Positions 41,763 through 52,326 are shown, counted from the stretch's first letter. The stretch is DNA of 64,000 nucleotides from an uncultured candidatus Porisulfidus sp. (GCA_963693105.1 OY843752.1:1577222-1641221), one strand, 5' to 3'. Translations and numbers: made by a program. Notes: generated by a model not told the origin, from the letters alone.

Positions 41763-41872
41763 CAGGGCTCCTTCAGGGTTTGCGTTCAACAACCGCAGGA
41801 TTCTACAACAAAACCGGGGCGGAATGGGAAGGTTGCGCGCGCGCCGCATTTCCCGCAAAATACCGTCCAGTC

Positions 41873-42853
41873 ATGACGACCACGAAGCAACCGCTCAGAA
41901 TCGCAGTCACCGGCACCGCCGGGAACATCGGTTACGCCCTGATTTTCCGCATTGCGTCCGGGCGAATGACCGGGGGCCGCCCCGTCATCCTGCATTTAAT
42001 CGAGATTGAGCCGATGCGGAAGGTGCTCGACGCCGTCGCGATGGAACTGGAAGACTGCGCTTTTCCGACGCTTGCGGACTGCGTTCTGGCGACCGACCCG
42101 AACCGGGGCTTTCGCGATATAGACGTCGCGCTGCTGGTCGGCTCGAAACCGCGCGGCAAGGGAATGGAGCGCAAGGATTTGCTGCGCAGCAACGGAGAAA
42201 TTTTCCGCGTACAGGGGCGCGCCTTGAACGAAAACGCGTCGAAGGACGTCAAAGTCCTGGTCGTCGGCAATCCGGCCAATACCAACGCGCTAATCGCGGC
42301 GGCCAACGCGCCCGACCTCGACGCGAGGCAATTCACCTGCATGACGCGGCTCGACCACAATCGCGGAATCGCAATGCTCGCGGGCCGCCTCGGCCATGCG
42401 CCCGCCGACATCAGGAAAATGGTCGTCTGGGGCAACCACTCCTCGACGCAATTCCCGGACCCGCTGCATTGCGAGGTCGGCGGCCGGCCCGTGAAGGCCG
42501 ACATGGAATGGATTGAGAAAACTTTCGTGCCCGAGGTGCAACAACGTGGCGCGCGCATCATCGAGGCGCGCGGCGCATCGTCGGCGGCGTCGGCGGCATC
42601 CGCCGTCATAGACCACATGTGCAGCTGGATGGACGGAACGCCGCCGGGAGACTGGACCAGCATGGGCGTTCCCGCCGACGGCAGTTACGGCGTCAAACCC
42701 GGAGTCATGTTCTCCCACCCGGTGACCGCCGCCGGCGGCGACTGGCGCATCGTGCAGGAACTCGAATTGAACGAGTTCGAGCGCTCCATGATTGCGCTGA
42801 CCGACAAGGAATTGCGCGAGGAGCGCGACGCGGTCGCCAATTTACTGCCGTAG
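41873..42853 (+). CDS. mdh: Malate dehydrogenase (LDH-like MDH type)
   Basis: Protein [30 protein letters not shown]...; 326 aa. Start is internal Met32. Confidence 0.9.
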   Translation: MTTTKQPLRIAVTGTAGNIGYALIFRIASGRMTGGRPVILHLIEIEPMRKVLDAVAMELEDCAFPTLADCVLATDPNRGFRDIDVALLVGSKPRGKGMERKDLLRSNGEIFRVQGRALNENASKDVKVLVVGNPANTNALIAAANAPDLDARQFTCMTRLDHNRGIAMLAGRLGHAPADIRKMVVWGNHSSTQFPDPLHCEVGGRPVKADMEWIEKTFVPEVQQRGARIIEARGASSAASAASAVIDHMCSWMDGTPPGDWTSMGVPADGSYGVKPGVMFSHPVTAAGGDWRIVQELELNEFERSMIALTDKELREERDAVANLLP

Positions 42854-42894
42854 CGCCCTAAACAGAGACCCCCTCCCACTCGGTTACAAAGTCA

Positions 42895-43362
42895 TCAACG
42901 TGTCTGCCCGTGAAAATAAGACAGCACATTGGTTAGAAAATAGTTGAAGCGCCATTTCACGCTCAACCAGCCGGGATGCCGGCGACGGCGGGTATCCACG
43001 GCCACGCTCAGGTCCGGCTGAATCACCTCGGCCTGGCGGGTGTCGTGGTACGCCCGTATGCGAAAACGCAGTATCGGCGTCAGCGGCGCGCTCCTGACGT
43101 CGCTGAAAAAACTGTAAACCAGGTGTATCGTCGTCGTGTAGCGGGTCGTGCACTCGACACTCAACGCCAGCAGGTAATCGCCCCGGGCGATGACGCGGCC
43201 GCTGCCCGGTTCAAAATCGAACTCTCTGCACAAGCGGTCAAGCAACTGGTAGTTGCATCCGTACAAACTCATCAGGCCCGCAAAGTCCGCGGTCACGCCA
43301 GCGGCGCGGGTGTCCTCCGCTACGCGGGCGCCGGAGAAATTTTCCGGTGTCGTTTCACTCAT
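42895..43362 (-). CDS. DUF1249 family protein (YqiB-like)
   Basis: 155-aa conserved hypothetical protein. The family was assigned from memory and is uncertain. Confidence 0.45.
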   Translation of the reverse strand: MSETTPENFSGARVAEDTRAAGVTADFAGLMSLYGCNYQLLDRLCREFDFEPGSGRVIARGDYLLALSVECTTRYTTTIHLVYSFFSDVRSAPLTPILRFRIRAYHDTRQAEVIQPDLSVAVDTRRRRHPGWLSVKWRFNYFLTNVLSYFHGQTR

Positions 43363-43828
43363 CTTTCAATCGCGGGTTCGCCTGAATCCAGCCTGCCCGC
43401 CGGTAACCGGCGGTGCATAAGCAAAGGTGTTGGAAATCCTCTGGTCGGACTCTATCACCAAAGATACAAAGTCTGCAACCACAGCCATCGGTGAATCGTA
43501 TGCTCATTTGCAGATAATAGCAAAAAACATGCTCGACCCGAAACGCGGCGACCGGCGACGCATTGCAGGCAATCACACCGCGTCCCGGTTCGACATCGAG
43601 TGTCGAAATTCGCGGGCGGCGGGCGGCGCAGCGGCGGCGCAGCACGACGTGGACGAACACCGCAAGAGCCATTGCGAGTTTCACCGCAGTCTCCACCTGC
43701 AACAGGCCGACAGCACACAGCGCCAGGCCATGGATGACAACCAGCGACACCCCGGCGATGCGCGACGGCGCCAACTCAATCCGGGCCGCTTTGCACGATG
43801 CGCCGGATGACCCGGTTGATTGCGTCAT
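43355..43828 (-). CDS. ygfX: YgfX/CptA-like inner-membrane protein (partner of SdhE; putative toxin of the CptAB pair)
   Basis: Downstream of sdhE, as in E. coli. Two TM helices, and the pattern resembles CptA (RIELAPSRIAGVSLVVIHGLALCAV vs DLRVSWRAQWLSLLIHGLVAAV). The start codon is uncertain and the chosen ATG overlaps the sdhE 3' end. Confidence 0.4.
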   Translation of the reverse strand: MTQSTGSSGASCKAARIELAPSRIAGVSLVVIHGLALCAVGLLQVETAVKLAMALAVFVHVVLRRRCAARRPRISTLDVEPGRGVIACNASPVAAFRVEHVFCYYLQMSIRFTDGCGCRLCIFGDRVRPEDFQHLCLCTAGYRRAGWIQANPRLKDE

Positions 43829-44021
43829 CGTCGCCGGCGCGGCGGTCGGTGAGGAGCCGGTAGAGTTCAGGGTCCGGAAATTGCAATAATTTTTCAAACG
43901 CCGTGCGTTCATCGGCCTCCGCCCCGTCGTAGTAGCGTTCAAGATAACGGAGCATCAGAATATCGAGTTCCCTGGTGCCCCTGCGGCACAACCAGTAAAG
44001 CCGCTTTCTACCGGCGTTCAC
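43776..44021 (-). CDS. sdhE: FAD assembly factor SdhE (YgfY/CptB)
   Basis: 81 aa with the RLxWxxRRGxxELD motif (KRLYWLCRRGTRELD). Confidence 0.85.
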   Translation of the reverse strand: MNAGRKRLYWLCRRGTRELDILMLRYLERYYDGAEADERTAFEKLLQFPDPELYRLLTDRRAGDDDAINRVIRRIVQSGPD

Positions 44022-44070
44022 CGGCGAAAACCGACGAACGCGCGCCGCGCGGCGACGAACGGCCGGACCA

Positions 44071-44868
44071 TCAGAAGCGGCGCGCGACGAGGAGTTTCTT
44101 GATTTCGGCGATGGCCCTGGCCGGATTAAGCCCCTTGGGGCAGGCGTCGGCGCAATTCATAATCGTGTGACAGCGGTACAGTTTGAAGGGATCCTCAATC
44201 TCGTCCAGACGCTCGCCGGTGGCCTCGTCGCGGCTGTCCGAAATCCAGCGATAGGCCTGCAACAGAATCGCCGGCCCCAGATAACGGTCGCTGTTCCACC
44301 AGTAACTCGGGCAACTCGTCGAGCAGCACGCACACAGAATACACTCCTCCAGCCCGTCCAGTTTCTCGCGGTCCTCGACCGACTGCAGCCGCTCCCGGTC
44401 CGGCGGCGGCGGAGTCTGTGTGCGAATCCACGGCTTGATGGACGCGTACTGGGCGTAGAAGTGCGTCAGGTCGGGCACCAGATCCTTGATGACCGGCAGG
44501 TGCGGCAGCGGAAACACCTTGACATCGCCGCGCACGTCGCTGATCGCCCTGGTGCACGCGAGCGTGTTGCGCCCGGAGATGTTCATCGAGCACGACCCGC
44601 AAATCCCCTCGCGGCAGGAACGCCGGAAGGTCAGCGTCGAATCCGTTTCATTCTTGATCTTGATCAGCGCGTCGAGCACCATCGGCCCGCAGTCGTCGAG
44701 ATCCACCTCGTAGGTGTCGGTGCGCGGATTCTCGCCCGTCCCGGAGTCGTAGCGGTAAACGACGAAACGCCTGATGCGCCCGCCGCGGGAGGCGTGTCCG
44801 ACATTCGCGGCGGGATAGTGACGGCCTTTCCTGACGATGGAATTTGCCGGGAGTCTGAATTGAGCCAT
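44071..44868 (-). CDS. sdhB: Succinate dehydrogenase iron-sulfur subunit SdhB
   Basis: 265 aa with cysteine clusters for the 2Fe-2S, 4Fe-4S and 3Fe-4S centres. Confidence 0.93.
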   Translation of the reverse strand: MAQFRLPANSIVRKGRHYPAANVGHASRGGRIRRFVVYRYDSGTGENPRTDTYEVDLDDCGPMVLDALIKIKNETDSTLTFRRSCREGICGSCSMNISGRNTLACTRAISDVRGDVKVFPLPHLPVIKDLVPDLTHFYAQYASIKPWIRTQTPPPPDRERLQSVEDREKLDGLEECILCACCSTSCPSYWWNSDRYLGPAILLQAYRWISDSRDEATGERLDEIEDPFKLYRCHTIMNCADACPKGLNPARAIAEIKKLLVARRF

Positions 44869-44923
44869 TGTGTTCTCCGAATAAAACCTTAAATTCGCCG
44901 CCGCACCGATTGTACAACAGCCA

Positions 44924-46720
44924 TCAGTACACCCTCGCTTTCGGCGGAATGACCTCGACCTCGTCGGTCAACGTGCGCAGATGCACGGGACGGTAATGAA
45001 TCCCGACATCGCCGGACGAGTCGTCAAAGTGAAGCAGCGTGTGTTTCATCCAGTTTTCATCGTCGCGGTCGGGGTAATCGTCGCGCGCATGCGCGCCGCG
45101 GCTCTCCAGCCGGTTGAGGGCGCCCGCCACCGTGCACACCGCCTGCGGCAGCAGGTTGGCGAGTTCGAGCGTTTCCACCAGATCGGTGTTCCAGATCATC
45201 GAGTGGTCGGCCACCCGGACATGCGAGAAGCGTGCGTGAACATCGCGCACCCCGGCCAGCCCTTCCTCCAGATTGCGGCCGGTGCGAAAGACCGCCGCGT
45301 ACGTCTGCATAATCTTCTGCATCTCCAGGCGCAGCACCGCCGTCGGCTGGTCGCCGTCGGCGTGGCGTATGCGGTCGAAACGGTCCAGCACGCGCTCGAC
45401 GGAAGCCGCCGGCGCCGGCGGCGCCTTGTCGCGCCTCGACCCCAGCAGTTCGGCGGCGCGCCTGGCGGCGGCGCGCCCGAACACAATCAGGTCCAGCAGC
45501 GAATTCGATCCCAGGCGGTTGGCGCCATGCACGGACACGCACGCCGCCTCGCCGATGGCCATCAGACCGGGGACGACATCGTCGGGATTGCCGTTTCTCA
45601 ACTGGATGACCTCGCCGTGGTAATTGGTGGGAACGCCGCCCATGTTGTAATGCACCGTCGGCAACACCGGAATCGGCTCCTTCGTCACGTCCACGCCGGC
45701 GAAGATACGCGCCGACTCGGAAATGCCGGGCAGGCGCTTGTCAATGACCTCGGGGCCGAGGTGCTCGAGATGCAGGTGAATGTGGTCATTCTGCGGGCCG
45801 ACGCCGCGTCCTTCGTTGATTTCAATGGTCATCGAGCGGCTGACGACATCGCGCGAGGCGAGGTCCTTCGCATTCGGCGCATAGCGTTCCATAAAACGCT
45901 CGCCCACGGCATTGGTCAGGTAACCGCCCTCGCCACGCACCCCCTCGGTAATCAGACAACCGGCGCCGTAGATGCCGGTCGGGTGAAACTGCACGAATTC
46001 GAGGTCCTGCAACGGCAGCCCCGCTCGCAGCACCATGCCGTTGCCGTCGCCGGTGCAGGTGTGCGCCGAGGTGCATGAAAAATAAGCGCGCCCGTAGCCG
46101 CCGGTCGCAAGCAGCACGATGCGCGCGCGAAACAGGTGCAATTTGCCGGTCGCCAGATCCCACGCGATGACGCCGGTGCAAGCACCCTCCTCGTCCATCA
46201 CCAGGTCCAGCCCGAAGTACTCGATGAAAAACTCGGCGTTGTGCTTCAGCGACTGCTGGTAGAGGGTGTGCAGAATCGCGTGGCCGGTGCGGTCGGCGGC
46301 GGCGCAGGTGCGCTGCGCGATGCCCTTGCCGTAATGCGTCGTCATGCCGCCGAAGGGCCGCTGGTAGATGTGCCCGCTGCCGGTCCTCGAAAACGGCACG
46401 CCGTAATGTTCGAGCTCGACGATGGACGCCGCCGCCTCCTTGCACATGTACTCTATGGCGTCCTGGTCGCCGAGCCAGTCGCTGCCCTTGACGGTGTCGT
46501 ACATATGCCAGCGCCAGTCGTCCTCGCCCATGTTGCCGAGCGCGGCGCTGATGCCGCCTTGCGCGGCGACGGTGTGGCTGCGCGTCGGAAAAACCTTGGT
46601 GATGCAGGCCGTCTTCAGCCCCTCCTGCGCCATGCCGAACACGGCGCGCAGACCGGCACCGCCGGCGCCGACGACGACGACGTCGTAAACGTGCTCTTCC
46701 AGATCGTACGCTTTCGACAT
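44924..46720 (-). CDS. sdhA: Succinate dehydrogenase flavoprotein subunit SdhA
   Basis: 598 aa with an FAD-binding GGGxAG-type motif ([13 protein letters not shown]) and a covalent-FAD His region. Confidence 0.95.
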   Translation of the reverse strand: MSKAYDLEEHVYDVVVVGAGGAGLRAVFGMAQEGLKTACITKVFPTRSHTVAAQGGISAALGNMGEDDWRWHMYDTVKGSDWLGDQDAIEYMCKEAAASIVELEHYGVPFSRTGSGHIYQRPFGGMTTHYGKGIAQRTCAAADRTGHAILHTLYQQSLKHNAEFFIEYFGLDLVMDEEGACTGVIAWDLATGKLHLFRARIVLLATGGYGRAYFSCTSAHTCTGDGNGMVLRAGLPLQDLEFVQFHPTGIYGAGCLITEGVRGEGGYLTNAVGERFMERYAPNAKDLASRDVVSRSMTIEINEGRGVGPQNDHIHLHLEHLGPEVIDKRLPGISESARIFAGVDVTKEPIPVLPTVHYNMGGVPTNYHGEVIQLRNGNPDDVVPGLMAIGEAACVSVHGANRLGSNSLLDLIVFGRAAARRAAELLGSRRDKAPPAPAASVERVLDRFDRIRHADGDQPTAVLRLEMQKIMQTYAAVFRTGRNLEEGLAGVRDVHARFSHVRVADHSMIWNTDLVETLELANLLPQAVCTVAGALNRLESRGAHARDDYPDRDDENWMKHTLLHFDDSSGDVGIHYRPVHLRTLTDEVEVIPPKARVY

Positions 46721-46728
46721 CGCCCCGA

Positions 46729-47112
46729 TTACAACTGCCGGAAGGCGATACCGACGACGGCGGCCACGCCGGCGACGGCAAGCAACAACACGGCGAAGTC
46801 AACCAGCAGGATGGTCGCGACCTTGAGCCACGCCAGGTGAACGTAATCCTCGATGATGATGCGCAGGCCCAGTTCCATGTGCCAGAAGACGACAATCAGC
46901 AACGCAATCAGCAGTACCGAAACCACCGGGCTTTGCAGCCATGCGACCAGGCCGGCGTGGCTGAGATCGGCCAGCATCGCAACCGAAAAAGCGCCCCACA
47001 AAACCAGCGGCACCAGAAACACCGAGGTCAGTCGCTGCGCCCACCAATGGCCGGTTCCGTCCCTGGCCGAGCCGAGCCCGCGCGCTTGCGACAGCGGTGT
47101 GCGCAGGCTCAC
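46729..47112 (-). CDS. sdhD: Succinate dehydrogenase hydrophobic membrane anchor SdhD
   Basis: A GTG start overlaps the sdhC stop as GTGA. The protein begins [31 protein letters not shown]..., which matches the HHWW motif of the SdhD N-terminus. 127 aa. The 68-codon upstream extension in the ORF track overlaps sdhC. Confidence 0.7.
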   Translation of the reverse strand: MSLRTPLSQARGLGSARDGTGHWWAQRLTSVFLVPLVLWGAFSVAMLADLSHAGLVAWLQSPVVSVLLIALLIVVFWHMELGLRIIIEDYVHLAWLKVATILLVDFAVLLLAVAGVAAVVGIAFRQL

Positions 47113-47519
47113 GCCGGCATCCCCCGAATCCAGAACGCGGCGAACCAGGTCAGCGCGGTGAGCGTCAACGTGCCGGCGAGAGTCCACAGCGAGGTTCGAA
47201 ACGCCACCGACACCTCGAAACCGAAGCCCGCGTCCCAGAACAGGTGGCGGATGCCGTTGCACAGATGGAAATACAAGGCGCCCGTCCACAGAATCAGCGC
47301 GACCTGCCCCCACCACGTCGCCAGCAGACCGCGAATCTGTTCGTAGGCCGCGGCGTCGGCGGCGGCGGCCACCAGAACGCCTGTCAGCGGCACCGTGCCG
47401 AACGCAAGAATCACGCCGGTAAAGCGGTGCATAATGGACAACATCGCCGTCAGCGGCAGGCGGTACACCTGCAGGTGCGGCGACAACGGCTTCAAATCGG
47501 GTCGGGACATCAACGGCAC
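47109..47519 (-). CDS. sdhC: Succinate dehydrogenase cytochrome b556 subunit SdhC
   Basis: 136 aa, three TM helices, in the sdhCDAB order. Confidence 0.85.
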   Translation of the reverse strand: MPLMSRPDLKPLSPHLQVYRLPLTAMLSIMHRFTGVILAFGTVPLTGVLVAAAADAAAYEQIRGLLATWWGQVALILWTGALYFHLCNGIRHLFWDAGFGFEVSVAFRTSLWTLAGTLTLTALTWFAAFWIRGMPA

Positions 47520-47570
47520 TTCAGTAAAGCGGGATTCTAACCATCCGCGCCGCGATAGACAACCGTGCCC

Positions 47571-48428
47571 TTAAAAGGCCATCCGCATCCAGCGGCAGAC
47601 ATGCCGAATCAGGGTGGTCTCGTTCAACGTGTAGAAATGAAACCGGGTCACGCCCTCCGCGATCAGGCGCCCAATCTGGTAACTCAATATATTCATCGCC
47701 AGCAGTTTGTGGTCGAGACTTTGCGGCTGGAGGCCCTCGAACATCCGGCGCAGAAACTGCGGCACATCGGCGTTGCATTTGTCGGCGAAGCCGGTCATGC
47801 GCTCGAAGTTCAGTATCGGCAGCAGCCCCGGCACCAGCGGCACCGAGACACCCGCCGCGACGACCCGGTCGCGAAAGCGCAGAAAAACGTCGGGGTCGAA
47901 GAAAAACTGGCTGATTGCGCGGTTCGCGCCGGCGTCCACTTTTTCTTTCAGGTGCGCCAGGTCGGCGGCGGCGGAGGACGCCTCCGGATGCGTCTCCGGA
48001 TAGGCCGCGACGGAAATGTCGAAGTCGGCGATCCGCTTCAGTTGCCGCACCAATTGCACGGCGTGGCGCAGGGGCTCGTTGCCGGAGCCGCGGGCGCCTC
48101 GCGGCGGCGCATCGCCGCGCAACGCGACGATGCGGCTGATCCTGCGGGCGCGATAGCCGGCCGCCAGACGCTCGATTTCGGCCCGGCTCTTGCCGCTGCA
48201 CGTGATATGCGGCGCGACTTTCCCGTATTCCTCGTGCACCAGATTGGAGGTGGCCCACGTGAAATCCGCCACGCTGCGCCTGCTGGCGGACGTGACCGAG
48301 ATAAAAGCGGGCTTCAGCTCATAAAACGTACGCAGCACCTGCTGCAGCCGCGCTTCGCCGACATCGGTCTTCGGCGGAAAAATCTCCAGGCTGAAATCAA
48401 TGTCCGGATGGCTCGGCGCGCCTGACAT
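47571..48428 (-). CDS. metF: 5,10-methylenetetrahydrofolate reductase MetF
   Basis: 285-aa MTHFR. Lies 34 nt downstream of metE on the same strand. Confidence 0.9.
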   Translation of the reverse strand: MSGAPSHPDIDFSLEIFPPKTDVGEARLQQVLRTFYELKPAFISVTSASRRSVADFTWATSNLVHEEYGKVAPHITCSGKSRAEIERLAAGYRARRISRIVALRGDAPPRGARGSGNEPLRHAVQLVRQLKRIADFDISVAAYPETHPEASSAAADLAHLKEKVDAGANRAISQFFFDPDVFLRFRDRVVAAGVSVPLVPGLLPILNFERMTGFADKCNADVPQFLRRMFEGLQPQSLDHKLLAMNILSYQIGRLIAEGVTRFHFYTLNETTLIRHVCRWMRMAF

Positions 48429-48462
48429 CGGAATGGTGCCTGCGTTGCGGGCGCGGGCGGCT

Positions 48463-50748
48463 TCAGCCGCGGCCCCGCGCGTCGCGGCGCAGCCGTTTCG
48501 CAGCCTCGACCATGTTGGCGAGCGCCTGCGACACCTCCTCCCAGCCGCGTGTCTTCAAACCGCAATCGGGATTGACCCAAAGCCTGCGCGCGGCGATCTT
48601 CTCCTTCGCCGCCGCCAGCGACGCCGCCATCTGTTCGGGCGGCGGCACCCGCGGAGAATGGATGTCATAAACTCCGGGGCCGATTTCGCTGGGGTAGTTG
48701 AAATGCTCAAAGGCGTCGAGCAACTCCATGTTGGAGCGCGACGCTTCGATGGAGATGACGTCGGAGTCGAGCGCGGCGATGGCGTCCAGAATGTCGTTGA
48801 ACTCGCTGTAGCACATGTGCGTGTGAACCTGGGTGTCGTCGGCGACGCCGCCGGTGGTGACGTGAAAACTGCGCACCGCGCAATCGAGATAATCCCGCCA
48901 GCCCTGTTTGCGCAGCGGCAGGCCCTCGCGCAGCGCCGGCTCATCCACCTGGATGACGCGGAGGCCGCCTTTCTCCAGATCCGCCACCTCGTCGCGCAGC
49001 GCCAGCGCAATCTGGTAGATGCCCTGCCGCTGGCTGATGTCGTCGCGCGGAAACGACCACCGCAGTATGGTGACGGCGCCGGTCAGCATGCCCTTGACCG
49101 GCTTTTGCGTCAGCGACTGGGCGTAACCCGACCATTCCAGCGTCATCGGCGCCGGGCGGGTGATGTCGCCGAAAATAATCGGCGGTTTGGTGCAGCGCGA
49201 ACCGTAACTCTGCACCCAGCCATTGCCGGTCAGAAGAAAACCTTCAAGCAATTCGCCGAAGTACTCGACCATGTCGTTGCGTTCGGGTTCGCCGTGGACG
49301 AGCACATCGAGGCCGATCTTCTCCTGGAACCCGATGACATCGGCAATCTCGCCGCGCATTTTTTCGGTGTATTGCTCCCGGTCAATGACATTCTTCCTGA
49401 AATCTCGGCGCGCCTCGCGGATACGGGCAGTCTGCGGAAAAGAACCGATGGTCGTCGTCGGAAACATCGGCAGTTTCAATCTGCGCTCCTGCAACACCGC
49501 GCGCCGCCGGTACGGCGTCTTGCGTTTTTGCGGCGATGCCATGATTTCATCCACCCTCGCGCGCAATTCCGGGTTGCAGGTTTGCGGCGAATTTCCGCGC
49601 GACTGCGCCGCTTCTTCAGACTCGGCGACGGCGCTCTCCCAGTCGCCGCCGCCCTCGCCGCGCAGCGCGCGCGCGAGCAACCCGACTTCCGCGACTTTCT
49701 GCCTTGCAAAGGCGAGCCACGACCGGATTTCAATGCCCAGGCCGCTTTCGAGATCAAGATCCACCGGCACGTGCACAAGCGAGCAACTCGGCGCGACCCA
49801 CAGCCGGTCGTGCGCCTCTTGCAATGCGGCGAGGCGCTCGCGGCTCTCCCCCAGACGATTGCGCCAGACATTGCGGCCGTTGACGATGCCGGCGGACAAA
49901 ACCCATTCCGGGTCCAGCCGCCCGGCGATTTCCTCCAGTTCACCGCCGCCCATCATGCCGTCCACGTGCAGGCCGGCAATCGGCAAATCCTTGACACAGT
50001 CGAAGTTCTCCTTCAATTCGCCGAAATAAACAGCCAACAGAATATGGAGACCCTGCGCGCCGAGGCGCCCGTAGGCGGCGCCAAACGCATCGCGCCAGGA
50101 TTGCGGCAAATCCATTGCCAGCACCGGCTCGTCCAACTGCACCCACTCGACCGGAAGCGATGCAATCTGCGCCAGAATCCGCGCGTAGGCATCCACCAGA
50201 TCCGGCAGCAAATCGAGTTTGTCAAAATGCCCGCCGGCGGTCTTGCCGAGCCACAAATAGGTCAGCGGGCCGACCACGACCGGCTTGACCTTGTGCCCCA
50301 GCGAAAGCGCCTCTTCGATTTCACCGAGCAGACGCTGCGCGGCGACATCAAAACACTGCCCGCGTGAGAACTCCGGGACGATGTAGTGATAGTTCGTGTC
50401 GAACCATTTGGTCATCTCGCAGGGACGTGCGTCCGGGCCGGATGGCGCGCGTCCTCGCGCCATCCGGAACATCGTGTCCGTATCCGCCGGCGAGGCATCC
50501 TGAAATCTTTCGGGGATGACGCCGAGCATGACCGACAGGTCGAGCACATGGTCGTACCAGGAAAAATCTCCGACCGGCAGCAGATCCAGCCCGGCATCGG
50601 CCTGCCAGCGCCAGTTGCGGCGGCGCAGCGCCGCGCCCTCGGCCGCGAGCGCCCGGCCGTCGCTGTCTCCGCGCCAATAACTTTCCACGGCCTTTTTCAT
50701 GTCGCGGTGCGGCCCCAGCCGCGGAAACCCCAGGTTGTGTGCGATCAT
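48463..50748 (-). CDS. metE: Cobalamin-independent methionine synthase MetE
   Basis: 761-aa two-domain MetE with C-terminal zinc-ligand His/Cys/Glu motifs. Confidence 0.93.
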   Translation of the reverse strand: MIAHNLGFPRLGPHRDMKKAVESYWRGDSDGRALAAEGAALRRRNWRWQADAGLDLLPVGDFSWYDHVLDLSVMLGVIPERFQDASPADTDTMFRMARGRAPSGPDARPCEMTKWFDTNYHYIVPEFSRGQCFDVAAQRLLGEIEEALSLGHKVKPVVVGPLTYLWLGKTAGGHFDKLDLLPDLVDAYARILAQIASLPVEWVQLDEPVLAMDLPQSWRDAFGAAYGRLGAQGLHILLAVYFGELKENFDCVKDLPIAGLHVDGMMGGGELEEIAGRLDPEWVLSAGIVNGRNVWRNRLGESRERLAALQEAHDRLWVAPSCSLVHVPVDLDLESGLGIEIRSWLAFARQKVAEVGLLARALRGEGGGDWESAVAESEEAAQSRGNSPQTCNPELRARVDEIMASPQKRKTPYRRRAVLQERRLKLPMFPTTTIGSFPQTARIREARRDFRKNVIDREQYTEKMRGEIADVIGFQEKIGLDVLVHGEPERNDMVEYFGELLEGFLLTGNGWVQSYGSRCTKPPIIFGDITRPAPMTLEWSGYAQSLTQKPVKGMLTGAVTILRWSFPRDDISQRQGIYQIALALRDEVADLEKGGLRVIQVDEPALREGLPLRKQGWRDYLDCAVRSFHVTTGGVADDTQVHTHMCYSEFNDILDAIAALDSDVISIEASRSNMELLDAFEHFNYPSEIGPGVYDIHSPRVPPPEQMAASLAAAKEKIAARRLWVNPDCGLKTRGWEEVSQALANMVEAAKRLRRDARGRG

Positions 50749-50802
50749 CGTATCTGCTCCGTTGCGGTTTTGGTTTTCATTCCCGTTTTCACCTTGCGGG
50801 AC

Positions 50803-51699
50803 TCACTTTCGATCCGGCCGGTATTTCTCGACCAGCCGGATGAAATCGGTTGTAAAGCGATTCAGGTAGTGATTGTGCAGGCAGGCGATCTTCGTCGTCG
50901 ATTTCGGAAAAAGTTTCGACAAATCGCGCATCGCCAGATCACCGTCCCTGCCGGGTTCGTAGCACATGCCGGCGATGATGCCGACACCGAAACCGAGCCT
51001 GACATAAGCCTTGATCACATCGGTGTCGGCGGCCTCGAAAGCGATCATCGGATTCAGGCCCGCCTTCTCAAAAATGCGCTGAATCTTGAGACGCCCGGTA
51101 AAACCAAGCACGTACGTCAGAATCGGGTGTTCGGCGATGCGCTTCAACGTAACCTTGTTTTTCGCCAGCGGATGCCGCGGCGGCGTAATCAGGATATGGT
51201 TCCAGTCATAGCAGTTGACGGTGCGCAGTTGCTCGTTTTCCTCCAGTTCCTCGGTGCAAATGGCCACATCCGCCTCTTTTTGAAGAAGCAGGTTGACCAG
51301 TTGAACCGGGTTGCCCTGGTGGAAGATGACCGTCACCTGCGGATACATCTCGCGGAACTCCCTGAGCACGCCGGGCAGAAAATACTTGGCCTGTGCATGC
51401 GTCGTGGCGACGTGCAGTTTGCCCACGTCGCCGAGGCGGTGCTCCTCGGCCACCTTCAGGATCGTCTCCTGCGACTGCTGTATGCACTTTATATGAGGCA
51501 CAATCTCGTCGCATAACTTCGTGGTCCCGGACAGGCGGTTGCCTTCGCGGTCAAACAGCGGCACGCCGAACTCTTCCTCAAGCAGCGACAACTGGCGGCT
51601 CGCAGCGGACTGGACACAATGCAGTTGTCGGGCCGCTTTCGAGATATTGAGCCCGTTGTCAATCAGGGCAATAACCAATTGGAGTTGTCTTGGCGTCAT
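50803..51699 (-). CDS. cysB: LysR-type transcriptional regulator, CysB-like
   Basis: 298 aa. HTH region ISKAARQLHCVQSAASRQLSLLEEEFG. Aligns along its whole length with E. coli CysB (TTHAQAKYFLP vs TTHTQARYALP; YVRLGFGVGIIAGM vs YVRLGLGVGVIASM). Confidence 0.65.
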   Translation of the reverse strand: MTPRQLQLVIALIDNGLNISKAARQLHCVQSAASRQLSLLEEEFGVPLFDREGNRLSGTTKLCDEIVPHIKCIQQSQETILKVAEEHRLGDVGKLHVATTHAQAKYFLPGVLREFREMYPQVTVIFHQGNPVQLVNLLLQKEADVAICTEELEENEQLRTVNCYDWNHILITPPRHPLAKNKVTLKRIAEHPILTYVLGFTGRLKIQRIFEKAGLNPMIAFEAADTDVIKAYVRLGFGVGIIAGMCYEPGRDGDLAMRDLSKLFPKSTTKIACLHNHYLNRFTTDFIRLVEKYRPDRK

Positions 51700-51771
51700 A
51701 TATCTATATTTTAGATGATTAAATTAAAAAATATCATTTTTCATCATATTCAAGACGCGTAATATACCCCT

Positions 51772-52326
51772 ATGCACATGGTTTGTCCATCGTGCGGGAA
51801 ATATTTTGGAACAAAGCCAGACGGGGCTTTTCAAGGAGGCCATTGGATGTCCGCAAACAGGGATCGAAAACTGAAAAGACTCAACCGGGTCTTCCCGCAC
51901 CTTGATCTCGAAGGGCGGCTGCAGCACCTGCAAGAGGTGTTCAATGGAAGCGGCGTCTTTTCTGCCAGTCTGGAACTGGAAAGCCGGGTCATCGCCCACG
52001 CCGTGGAAAGCGCCCGCCTGCCAATCGAAATTTTCACGCTGGACCGGGCCGAGGAACTGGAGCACGCACTGCGCGATGCGTCCGTGTGGCTCAGCGGCAT
52101 TCGCAGGGTGCATCTGCCCTTTCGCACCGGCGTATCCGGCCGGGCTTTCTTTGAATACGATGAAAACTACCGGGTTTTCAGGTTTCACCCGCTACTCGAC
52201 TGGTCGCTTGAAGACCTCAGGAACTATCTCGAAAAGAACGACCTGCCCTGCCCGCCGCCGTCCGGCCCGGCACCAATTCCGGTAATCGGCCATGGCGGGG
52301 ACGACTACGGCTTGTACGCCGCCTGA
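51772..52326 (+). CDS. PAPS-reductase-like (CysH/DUF934-like) hypothetical protein
   Basis: Weak resemblance to the CysH core (HPLLDWSLEDLRNYLEKNDLP vs E. coli IIDWDNRTIYQYLQKHGL), but it lacks the C-terminal ECGLH motif. Divergent from cysB across a very AT-rich 72-bp spacer. The start is uncertain; Met26 at 51847 is an alternative. Confidence 0.3.
   Translation: MHMVCPSCGKYFGTKPDGAFQGGHWMSANRDRKLKRLNRVFPHLDLEGRLQHLQEVFNGSGVFSASLELESRVIAHAVESARLPIEIFTLDRAEELEHALRDASVWLSGIRRVHLPFRTGVSGRAFFEYDENYRVFRFHPLLDWSLEDLRNYLEKNDLPCPPPSGPAPIPVIGHGGDDYGLYAA

Noticed and set aside
47521-48258. 245-aa minus-strand ORF overlapping metF in another frame
   Set aside because: It is Arg/Pro-rich junk. The metF frame (47571-48428) gives a full-length MTHFR.
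50749-50802. Possible riboswitch or MetR site upstream of metE
   Set aside because: There are only 54 nt between the cysB-like stop and the metE start. This is too short for a cobalamin or SAM riboswitch and nothing in it looks structured, so any regulation is probably protein-mediated.
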